A stretch of 49,345 nucleotides of DNA, from the NCBI GenBank assembly GCA_001938485.1, contig MQRK01243953.1, positions 1-49,345 of the forward strand, in the 5' to 3' direction. Under the pieces are notes generated by a model. That model worked only from the letters and a program-made list of their open reading frames with translations. It made no database searches and was not told the DNA's origin. Below, piece after piece: positions 39,018 to 49,345 of the stretch. Source of the stretch: Girardia tigrina. Its lineage: Eukaryota. The translations under genes and the position numbers were made by a program. Position 1 is the first letter of the stretch; every line of letters starts with the position of its first letter.

Positions 39018-40656
39018 ATGGCCGATAGAGAAACGAAAGTTTATAGAGCTAAATTAGCTTAACAGGCTGAAAGATATGATGAAATGGTTGATGTGATGAG
39101 AGATGTCACTAAAATGACCGGCGAATTGAACATGGAAGAGCGTAACTTATTATCCGTAGTGTAAAAATAGTTGATCCTGGGAAAACGATGGATCAACTAC
39201 TTTTACTTACGATAAAAGAAAAAATGAACTGAATCAACTAAGTCTAATGATTAAAAAAAACTTTAATCCAAAAAAAATAAAAATAACCTTCATAACTTAA
39301 TCCAAAATTCATTAAAATCACAAAAAACATCAAACATCATTCTACTATCATGAACGGTAAATAATTATTATTGTCGTTATGGAATCAATTTATTTATGGA
39401 TTTCTTTTTTTATTCAGCAATAATTTCTGTGATGCAATATATTATTCGATGTAATGAATCACAGAATAAATTAAATAATAAATTGTAAAAAATTCGACTT
39501 TGTGATTATCTTTATTTGAGTTTTTTTCGAATCAATTATTTTGGTTGAAACCAGTGTTTCTTTCTCTATCAAATAAATTTACGAGATTGATGTGACAGTT
39601 TTCGACAGCTTTGTCGTTGATTTAATTAGTTACGCTGAAAGATTCCCCGTCGTAAGGAAAACCGCTTTCGAATAGGATTTTTTCAAAAAAAAGATTCAAC
39701 GATAAAAGAGCAAATCAGTGTGTAAAGGCAAAGATGTTAAGAGCAATCATTAATTATAGGACAATGCGGAGATGACGATTCGTCGAATGTAATGATGCAG
39801 ATCGAGGCAACAGAGATCAATCATTCGTCACTTCTGCCTGCATCGATTTGTTAATCGGACGGAGTCTCGTGCCACCCGAGCAACACTGGCTAGTCTTACT
39901 CAAACTCAAGTTGTCCTTCCACTGTGTCCGCTTCGTAAATAACAGGAATGAAGTAATCAATTCTCACATAGGTCCTTCACATAATTCTTTCACGCATAAT
40001 TCTTTAAGTAGTCTAATAAATAGTGATAGATCATATCGAATGAAATTTTGTTTAATCTCTTCCTCACTAATCTCCTTCTGATTTATTTTCCTTAATTGTG
40101 GCAAAGAATTGAGATTCGAGATCATTGGCTTCGTGAACCACTAATCTTTCAAAAATAACATAAAAAAAAAGAAAACACAATATACATCCCACTCCTCACA
40201 CACTGGAATCCCTATGTACAAAGAACAACTAATCACTCCAAGACTTTGTACAAAAGCAAAAGAAAGAATATCACATCCACACGCAAACCACGCGGAAGTA
40301 GAGTATCACAACAGTCCCCAACTGATACACAAAAAAAACAAAATCACATACACAAACAAAAATGTACATTAATATAGGACACTGTGGTGTGTGAAGTAGT
40401 GGGTGCACTACGCGTAGCATACAAAAACGTAATCGGAAGTCGGAGAGCATCGTGGAGGATAATGAGTAGCATCGAACAAAAAGATCCTTCTCGACTTCCA
40501 TTGATTAAAGCCTACCGAAGTCAAATTGAAAGAGAATTGAAAGAAGTCTACGCTGATATAATAGCCTTACTCGATGAGTTCTTGTTGGTAGCTTCAAATG
40601 GTGGGGAAGCTAAAGTGTTCTTCTTGAAAATGAAAGGCGATTACTACCGTTTTCTG
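39018..40656 (+). pseudogene. 14-3-3: Intron-free, 3'-truncated 14-3-3 (epsilon-like) copy split by a solo LTR
   Basis: [23 protein letters not shown]...EERNLLSV (39018-39159), continuing [15 protein letters not shown]...[15 protein letters not shown] (40418-40656). TAA at 39060-39062. Confidence 0.95.
39160..40412. mobile_element. Solo-LTR-like insertion (1253 bp)
   Basis: Perfect TSD CGTAG (39155-39159, 40413-40417); termini TGTA...TACG (one change from TACA); removal restores the 14-3-3 frame. Confidence 0.85.
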
Positions 40657-43600
40657 TCCACTATGCATAACCTAACCTTTTTTACATTTTCCCCATCTTT
40701 GTATTTACGAATTCTCATATCGTTATATTCATAATCGTGTATTTGTAGTACGGTAGTAACCTCGTCACTCGACTGTCGCAGAATCTGAACATTAATACAC
40801 TATCTCGGCGAAATTTTACATATCCTTGAATAATATACGTGTGAAAGGCAGGCTCACTCTTAAAATTTTTGAAACAATTAATTTTCATAAAGAATTTCTA
40901 AAATAAGGAAATATTTAAAATCAAAAGTTTTTAAGCAATTATAATTAAAAAATATATCTTAACCCTTAGAGGATCCCTGGGGTCAGCGTATGATATCCAG
41001 GGATATTTTAAATTAAATATTTTTTATTATGAATATTATGTGATTTAAAACAATCATATAAATACAAATATAATATTTTACTTTATAAATAAGAAATAAT
41101 ATATTTTAAATTATCCTGATTATTAAAATCCCTATTGACGACATTACCCAAGATAAATTCAATAAGAGAAAAATTTTGCATATTGCGTTGGTGGGATTAA
41201 AAAATTTGAGTTAATTTATTCATTTTGACCGGTTCAGCGCACTCGACCGCAGTGCAATCGATGCAATACGACTGAATCGTATTACCGCAAATTAATTCGA
41301 TTTTATCGATCCAACTAACCGATTTCTTGCACAAAGTGCACAATAAGTCACTACAATGACGCAAATTCGCACCTTCAGACCGGAATTCACCAACATTCGA
41401 CGGATTTTATGGGCCCCTGGACCAAGTCCAAAAAATGTAAAAAAAATAAAAATAAAACTCGTATTTCTGATTTTCCCCTATCTGACTCCGTAGTATGTGA
41501 TTTTTTATTTAAAAAATAAACACGTCATGTCATGACATAATCACTAGTTATTATTAGCAAGAGAAAATATTAATTAAATAGATAAATCACATTAATATTA
41601 CAAAAATTTATTTAAAAATATTTATCGATAATCGATCAGTCGGAAATAAAAAATGTCAGACAAGCGTGTTTATCTAAGTGGAGCGCTGAAACGTAAGCGA
41701 AAAGTTGAACAGAAAGAAAAAGAATTACTTAACAGTCAGAACATGAATTTGTTGAAATTAGGATTTACTGTAACAACGAACACTGTTAAATATCAGTCGG
41801 AATCGGAAATGAGCGTCATAGAAACTGACATGCTTTGTTCAGATTCACAAAAAATTAAACGTAGCTTCCGAAGAAGCTGAAATGTTATTTAACTCTGAAG
41901 GAATTCATGAAAAAGACAATAGTGGTGAAATTCATTTAATTTATCCTCAAGTTAGTCAATTGACTGAAGCGACTGAGGTTGAAAATCAAAACACATATTT
42001 AAATATTGAAGAATCTTCACAGGATGTTTACAAAGGTTTAATTTAGTAATGACTGTGCATTGTGGATAGTCATTTCTGATAATATTCGTGAATTTTGGCT
42101 TAGAAAAGGTTCAAATAATTGGCAACATTATGATGATGATTACGAAGCTTCGGAAAGAATTTATCACGATGGTAGAAAGCAAAAATTTTCACGATGTCAT
42201 TTATACAGAAAACATGTATCTGATGAAAACATTTTACATTCGTGGCTGCTTTATTCACCGTCAAATGGCAGTATATTTTGCTTTGCTTGTCGACTATTCA
42301 AGTCAAATTCAAATTAGCATTTGCGACTGGAATCATTCGACAGCATGCATTTCTCAGCATGAAAATAGTCATTGTCATAGAAATGCCATGTTAACTTTGG
42401 CTACAAGACAACAATATGCTGGTACAATAGACTGTCAAATGGAATTAGAATTTACAAAATAAGGGGATTATTGGCGTAATATTCTGAAAAGAATTGTTGC
42501 AGTCATAAAGTTTTTAGCAGAACGAGGACTGGCATTTCGGGGAAATGATGAGTTGATAAATTCTTCCCAAAATGGTAATTAATATTAGAGTTCTTCAACT
42601 ATTAAGTCAGTTTGATCCATTATTAAGTAACCATAAAGATAAATACGGCAACCAGGGAAAAGTATTTGTCATCCACAATATGAGAAGAATTTATCCATCT
42701 TATGGGTGATAAATTGCTAAAAATTATTGCAAAAGAAATTAAGGAGCAAAAATATTTTTCTGTTCCTGTTGATTCTACTCCAGATCTTAGTCACGTCGAT
42801 CAACTGACTGTTATCATACGATACGTTGAAAAATCATCCCATCAAGCTAAGGAGAGGTTTTTGAAGTTTTTGCCTTTGGAAAAATATACTGGAGAAACAC
42901 TAAAAAATACCTTGTTATGTTTTTTAAACGAAATTAGTGTATATATATCAAATTGTCGTGGACAGTCATTCGACAATGCAGCAAATATGTCGGGGAGATA
43001 CAATGGTATGCAAGCTAAAATTAGGGAATCAATCCATTAGCACACTTTATACCATGTACTGCTCATTCCCTAAATTTAATTCGAACTTCAGCTGTTGAAT
43101 GTTGTGTCGACACTGTTAATTTTTTTTGGCTTTGCGCAGAAATTATCAAATTTCTTTAGTGCATCTACATCTAGATGGGCAGTATGAAACGTTGTTTGGG
43201 ATCCAAAAATTTACTTTTAAAATCACTCTCCCAAACTAGATGATCAGCTAGAGCAGATGCAATTAAAGCTCTGTCAGATGGATACAACAATATAATAGAT
43301 GCTTTAACATGTCTTCCTGGTGATGATCAAAAACTATAAACAGGGCGTGAAGCAAATGATCTTTTGCGACATTTGTCATTTTTTGAAACGGTGCTTCTAA
43401 TTGAAATGTAGAACAATATTCTTCAGAACATAAATAAAACCAACTTATATCTTCAAAAATCAAACTTGGAACTTGGTACAGCAGTGCAATTATTAAAAAC
43501 ATTGCATGAGTATATTTGTTTGCAAAGAGAAAAATTTGAAAAATTTGAAACACAAGCCAAAATTAAAGCTCCAGAAACTAGATACAGAAACGAAGATAAG

Positions 43601-43831
43601 CGTAAGAAAATGCGTAAAAAATTTAAAGATGATGGCCCAGCTGAAGAAGCAAATCTAGAAATTAGAGAAAAATTCCGCATGGAAACATATTTGGCAATAA
43701 TTGATAAATTGTCAGCTGAATTGGATAGTCGAACAACAGCTTATGATTCAGTGTACAACTTATTTGGTGTTATATCAAACTTTTGGAAACTTTCAACAAA
43801 TGATGTGTCTTTGATTGTAAAAATGAGACTC

Positions 43832-45176
43832 GGTTGAGAGAGCGAATCAGTGGCGAGTGGAGTCAAGCGATGATGATAATGAGATGGCAGCTTTACCAAA
43901 TCGAATCAATGATAGTGAAGAAAACAAACAATATCAAAAAAGAAAAGACCAAACCTGACAAAGGCAACATTGTGATATTAAATTCCAATAAACAAAAATT
44001 CAAATTCGATGCTTGTAAAGCTTTTTTCTAATAATTTGGTGTTTAAAGTGACAAAAGTTATAAAAGAATCCATACGATGTGCAGGCCATTCACATTGGCA
44101 AAATGTAAAAAGTACAAAAGAGGCCCATGAAAAAAAATTAAAAGTACAAACTACAAAATAGTTCATTAGTCGCTAAAGCTCTCAAAGATGGGAACGGTAA
44201 TAGAGATCCAAAAAATCAATCAATATTTGACTTCTGCTCTTGAGAGAGCCAAATCAATGAAAATTTCTTTGTCAACCCTTGAGAAGCTGCTATCACAAAC
44301 CGAATATGTTGATCCTGAGAACAAGAATACCATTTATAAATTCATTTGTAACCCGAATCATTTACAAAATGTTGAAACCGCTCTTAAAGAAAAATCTGTC
44401 GATGTTGTCGGTAGTTACGATTATTTTGAACCAATGTACGAGTCTATAAATAAATGACCCTTGATTGGCCAATCTGGGAATGACTCGAATATTTTAGTCA
44501 AAATAAATTAATTTGACTTTTTGATTTTCGAAAGATTTTAATTTGTGATTCGATTTGTTTGAATCGTTGAATTTCATAAAATAAATAAAAAATTGGCGTG
44601 AATTTCTTTTATTGTTTGTTGGAGGGTTGACATTTTTTTAAAGTGTGAATTGATAAAACGTGAATTAAAAAAGAGTTGAATGTCTATGTTGGTGAATGAA
44701 ACTCAACAATTTGAATCGAACAAAATGAATTTCGTAACGACTGTAATGATGATTTCGAATTCGACTTGTCTACCGATCAATGAGGAAATTGTCACTGTGA
44801 GTCCGATTGTGAGAATCGAAGCGTCAAACGATGGTGGTGATAAATTCGCGAGAGGTAATGATCGGACTCAAGAGTCGCGAATTCTCTCATCGAATCTCAA
44901 GCCCTAAGCGACGTCGATTGGGAGATCACGAGGTAATATCGATCGTTGTGGCGGACTGTCGAAAGAAGAAGCCGTGATGAAACCCTCATCGGATCCTGAT
45001 CAGCCAACGACAATGTCAAAAATATCGGACGACAAACGTTGGGGCTCACATGACGTCCGTGAGATTGATAATTTAAGCCCCCCCCACGTCTCGCAGTCCA
45101 CCCCCAGCGCCAAGACGCCGCGGCCACCAAGCTGCGCTCGATCTCGCATCACCAATGTGGCTGTTCGAGATGATTT
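43832..45176 (+). mobile_element. 1345-bp foreign insert in the hAT transposase
   Basis: Flanked by ACTC (43828-43831, 45177-45180). Removal rejoins the transposase in frame (...VKMRL*QRYPNDLE...). Confidence 0.65.
44009..44457 (+). pseudogene. TACO1: Intron-free, internally deleted TACO1/YebC-family copy
   Basis: MLVKLFS...IRCAGHSHWQNVKSTK (cf. AGHxKW motif after a transit-peptide-like leader), then frameshifted KALKDGNGNRDPK/NQYLTSALERAK...STLEKLL and YKFICNPNHLQNVETALK. Confidence 0.78.
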
Positions 45177-45929
45177 ACTCTAACAACGGTATCCAAATGA
45201 CTTAGAAAGTTCTTTTTCGGAAGAGCTACAGCATTTTAGACTTTTCATTCAAAAATTCATTAAAAGTAAGAATCAAGAAGAAAATCAATCAGATCACAGG
45301 TTGTATAGCTTATTAATTGACTTGAATTGAAGTTGCATTTAGAATATATCTCAGCTTGATGGTTAGTAATGCTAGTGGAGAGGACAGTCTCAAAATTGAA
45401 GCTCATTAAAATGAACTTAGAACATGCATGCTGCAAGAACGGTTAAACAGTTTGTCATTAATGTCAATTGAAAGTGAACTCCTACAAAAAATGATTTTGA
45501 TGACGTTATCAATGATTTCATTTTAGCAAAGCGTCGAAAAATTTACATCTAATAACACTATATTAGTTTTAAATCACGAATATCAATTAAGTATGGTCAT
45601 TGTGATGGAGACATTGTAACTAACCGTAACACCTAAGAAGACCGAAGAAGGAATTGAATTTAAAAAATAATTCGTTTTTTTAGTTAATTTATTTTATCAA
45701 TGATCAATCTTTCTAAATAAATATTTTTCTCATTTCTTTGTATATTATACATTTATTCAGATTATTCTATTGATCTCAAATTTGACTATAGGAAAGACTC
45801 TTTAAAATTGTCGTTTTCAAAGGTTTAATTTTTGAGATAAAATTATGCCTGGCAAAAGGGGCCCCAGATTTTTTATTGGCACAGCTACACAGGGCCCCCT
45901 AAATGTTTAATCCGACTCTGTTAATAGAT

Positions 45930-47345
45930 TAAATAATAATTAAATTAATAAACCCATATTACCATAAATCTTTAGACACTAGTTCGCTTATAACCATATC
46001 GTTATCTGAGCCTCCTATCTCAAGACCACTCTCTCTCATATCCTTGTCCTTCCAGGGCCGTGGCAGAGTACCCGGAGGCCCCCCCCCCCGAAAAAATTTA
46101 TGTNNNNNNNNNNNNNNNNNNNNNNNNNNNNNNNNNNNNNNNNNNNNNNNNNNNNNNNNNNNNNNNNNNNNNNNNNNNNNNNNNNNNNNNNNNNNNNNNN
46201 NNNNNNNNNNNNNNNNNNNNNNNNNNNNNNNNNNNNNNNNNNNNNNNNNNNNNNNNNNNNNNNNNNNNNNNNNNNNNNNNNNNNNNNNNNNNNNNNNNNN
46301 NNNNNNNNNNNNNNNNNNNNNNNNNNNNNNNNNNNNNNNNNNNNAAAGATTAACCGTCTGAGTTAGAGTATGTACAGTCTGCTGCTGTCTGTCTGGGTAG
46401 CCAATGAAAATGATTTGATGTTTGGCTAGTAGCTGTAACAGCCATTATAGCATAGCGTATGGGGGAGAGATAAAGTCAGGGCTTAAAAGTGCACAGGGCA
46501 TTGTCATACAGTACACTCACTGCATCAACGCGGTGTGGCAGGTTTGTGGAGTGGAGTGTGGTGGGATGCTCTGTATAGTAGGCAGNNNNNNNNNNNNNNN
46601 NNNNNNNNNNNNNNNNNNNNNNNNNNNNNNNNNNNNNNNNNNNNNNNNNNNNNNNNNTGTGTTAGATCTTATTATTGTTATTCTATTACATTTTCAAATA
46701 TTGACCCTATTTGGAGAGGCCCCATGCAAGCGTGAGGCCCCCCCGACCGGGGGGCGCGGGGGGTGGTTGCCACGGCTCTGTGTCCTTCAATATTGACCAA
46801 CAATCTACTCATGACTCCGGTATCATGCGCATACTACGACTAGACTAATCTTGGCGTCAAATTCATAAAGTGTTGCCTACCAGCTCTTTTCAAGGAATGA
46901 CATTTGTTTTGATCAACTCCTACGTGATAGTTAAATTAGAATTCCAAGTTCAACCCTTTTAATTAACTCATAATATTATATTGTCAACGGCTAAACACTT
47001 TTATATACACGTCCGTCGTTACATAATTATAAATCTGTTCATATGATTATAAAATTTTTGGAACCAAAATAGAGAATGCGTACGAAAGTAATGGACTGTA
47101 ATAACATCCTATTTACAACGATCGACTATAACTACATCCTGGGTAACACTCCCCCACTCGCATCGAAATAATAATGGGGTTCAATTCCTACATCTCTCCT
47201 TTCCCCGAAGGCCTCGTTACTCCTAGACGGCCCGTCACCTAAGAACGATTCGGTCGGCCCGAACCCTTTGTCATACGAAAAGTTACAACAAAAAGTCGAA
47301 TCCCCCCAGAAATATGCGACTCTTAGGTAGCCCGTATCCTTCATT
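45930..47345 (-). mobile_element. Possible 3' end of an LTR retrotransposon (PPT + LTR), interrupted by the hAT MITE
   Basis: Minus strand GAGTGGGGGAG (47159-47149) directly precedes TGTTA, with TATATAAAAG further downstream. Far end not resolved. Confidence 0.4.
46053..46780. mobile_element. Non-autonomous hAT element (contains two assembly gaps)
   Basis: TIRs CAGGGCCGTGGCA / TGCCACGGCTCTG (12/13) and perfect 8-bp TSD TGTCCTTC (46045-46052, 46781-46788). Gaps at 46104-46344 and 46586-46657. Confidence 0.92.
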
Positions 47346-47536
47346 TTAAAATATCATCATAATAAAAGAAATCATTCAATGAAATATATTAAATCTGATA
47401 TAACAAATAACAATAAAATTATAGTAAAATTATATACAAAATGAAATTAATAAGCATCACTTATAACCCATACTTGTTAACAATAAATGATTAACAATAT
47501 TATTCCGTTTAAAATTTTCGACGTTCAAGAGTAATG

Positions 47537-48628
47537 TGTTACGATAAAATTAGTACGCAGTTTTAAAGTCGTGAGCGAATAGGAATAGCAGTATTGTGTA
47601 TTAAAACTTTGTGTTAATTGTGTGCGTGCAATGGTAAAATAGCTCCGCTATTTATACCAGTTGGTTTGTGTATGTTATCAGAGACTCTCGGCATGTCCGC
47701 ATATCTGCATGCTGTGGTGTGTATTAGTATGATTGATGATGTAGATGTCGAGACAACATCCCCGACAGAGTATGTTTATATTCTGATGCATGCGATCGTT
47801 GTCCCTTTTGCCGGTGAGTGTTTATTCTTAATGTTAAAACGTCATTAATTACCTTTTTTCTATGCAGTTACTCTCCACTGATGGAACTGTTGTTTATCTG
47901 TCTTCAGCATCATCACACAAACACTATATGCAATTGAACTGTGATTGCACGATTACAGTTAGTTGTATCATTGCCGGGCAATCCATAGTTAATTCAGGTG
48001 AACATCCTCGGGTTTATGTTAATCATGACATCTGTTAATTCCTGTCTGCCGTTTTTCGTCGTGCAGTTACTACAATCGCTTCTAGAAATATGTTTACATG
48101 GTATTCATGTCTATGTAATCATGTTTGCATGGGCGCCGTCGGTTCTTATCTGTTTATATAGGTATCGTAGGGGTTTTTTTTGTTTTTCTCTGATTTCAGC
48201 GTTTATCTCGTTTTGTTTCAGAGTATCCGACAAGTCATACGATCTGTGAATCACGGATATACTGCATCGTGACTTCTACTTGAACTTTTAGGTAATTAAT
48301 TCTGGAATGATTAATTAATTTTTCTCATTTGTCTTAAAGGAACTTCAAAGGGTTCTGAGTGACTTTTGGGGTCGACATTCCATGCGGGTAACGCTGAAAT
48401 TGTTTATGAAAAACGTCTCGAGTCCTCAATACTCGGTGCTCTTTTCTATGACTTCAAGGTTTTTGTGGGTATCTTTTAGTCGTGATACTTCTGGGCCTTG
48501 ACGGCTCGTGGGGTAAAGCTGGATAAGCTTCATTTAAAGGTAACGGAGATAGTCTAGTTTGACTATCTCCATTTCTTTGTAATATGAAATTTTTGGCGAT
48601 TTCTTCAATAAGAATGCGCATCGTAACA
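47537..48628 (-). mobile_element. Probable LTR (1092 bp)
   Basis: Perfect 9-bp inverted termini TGTTACGAT / ATCGTAACA and TATAAATAG on the minus strand near 47650. Flanks TAATG / AAATT match only 3/5. Confidence 0.55.
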
Positions 48629-48991
48629 AAATTAATAAACTAATAATTCTCTTCATATCTAGCCTGAGCCATTTTGAATGAACTACGTATTTATAAATTC
48701 CACATATTTTTTATAAATAATGTTTTTATTATTAATTTCAACGAAGACAGGTCAGACAAATTTATTTTTAACATATTTTTGTGCGAAATTATTGCACAAT
48801 AAATACAAAAGATGTATTATTATCAAATACAGTTTTAGATATTATCACAAACGATTTAGATATAAAGTTCACATTATATAAGATTTAAATAGTATGCATA
48901 GTAAATATAACTCTTGTGGCACAAGCGTAAGACTTCTCTCTGTGCAATGGCGTCGCTATAAAAATAATTAATAAAAGGACGATATCAAATT

Positions 48992-48996
<5 letters not shown>

Positions 48997-49026
<30 letters not shown>
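48997..49026. repeat. (TA)n microsatellite
   Basis: Direct reading. Confidence 0.95.
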
Positions 49027-49027
<1 letters not shown>

Positions 49028-49345
49028 TCAGCGAAATTTTTTTAACACACTTACACTTTAGTTTATACCGTAATGATATGTTCAAATATTAAAATTGTTA
49101 TGCATTATTTTAAATTTTAAGGTTTATAAAGACTAAATAAAAATTTGTCACTAATTAAATTGGCATTACATAATTGTAGTATTAAAAAAATTCATTGAAA
49201 AATTTATTTTCATGCATAGTCAAAAGCGACTGTTAAGAGAACTCACACATTTGTCAGAACATTTATTATATTCACAATTTTTATCATCTTTATGATGATC
49301 AACAGTAAGGCTTTCACTAGATTCCATCAATCAATTTTTCAATAT

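Larger units (their letters stand above)
38388..40660 (+). mobile_element. TG...CA cargo element, copy 2 (1015 bp without the nested LTR), carrying 14-3-3
   Basis: Begins TGGAGCGG, ends CTGTCCA, perfect TSD CTATG (38383-38387, 40661-40665). Leader is similar to 25941-26597. Confidence 0.88.
41376..45920 (+). mobile_element. hAT transposon (ZMYM1/DUF4371-like transposase 41653-45552), decayed and interrupted
   Basis: WLLYSPS...FCFACRLF, LAFRG, FSVPVDSTPDLSHVDQL, RGQSFDNAANMSG, CTAHSLNL and dimerisation-domain MLQERLNSLSLMSIE motifs. Right end TAATCCGACTCTG; left end uncertain. Confidence 0.9.

Noticed and set aside
39160-40412. Insert in 14-3-3 as a spliceosomal intron
   Set aside because: Perfect 5-bp TSD, LTR-like ends, no polypyrimidine tract, and the gene has a premature stop and is truncated.
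47132-47344. GC-rich stretch as a structured RNA gene or 70-aa CDS
   Set aside because: No tRNA, rRNA, SRP or RNase P signature recognised; it fits the region around a PPT-LTR junction.

Overview
Very AT-rich eukaryotic (probably invertebrate metazoan) genomic DNA with four assembly gaps; the species cannot be identified from the window. The only apparently functional host gene is a + strand PTEN-family phosphatase. Six coding exons are visible (4203-4383, 8022-8271, 21016-21200, 22959-23228, 23270-23344, 34182-34355), the 5' exons were not found, and the P-loop reads QCKAGK|GRTG. Its introns (41 nt to 12.7 kb) and 3' flank are packed with decayed transposons: Tc1/mariner types, MULE, hAT and MITEs, Ty3/Gypsy fragments and LTRs, and a Penelope-like element with hammerhead ribozymes. 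The main discovery is a pair of related 1.0-1.2 kb insertions (25941-27131 and 38388-40660). Both start TGGAGCGG, end CTGTCCA, have perfect 5-bp target-site duplications and share a ~600-650 bp non-coding leader. Each carries a different intron-free, truncated host gene (SEC22; 14-3-3) running almost to the 3' terminus, suggesting a cDNA-capturing mobile cassette family. A third intron-free host-gene copy (TACO1/YebC) lies in a separate insert that splits a hAT transposase. Protein assignments come from manual translation and recognised motifs, not database searches.
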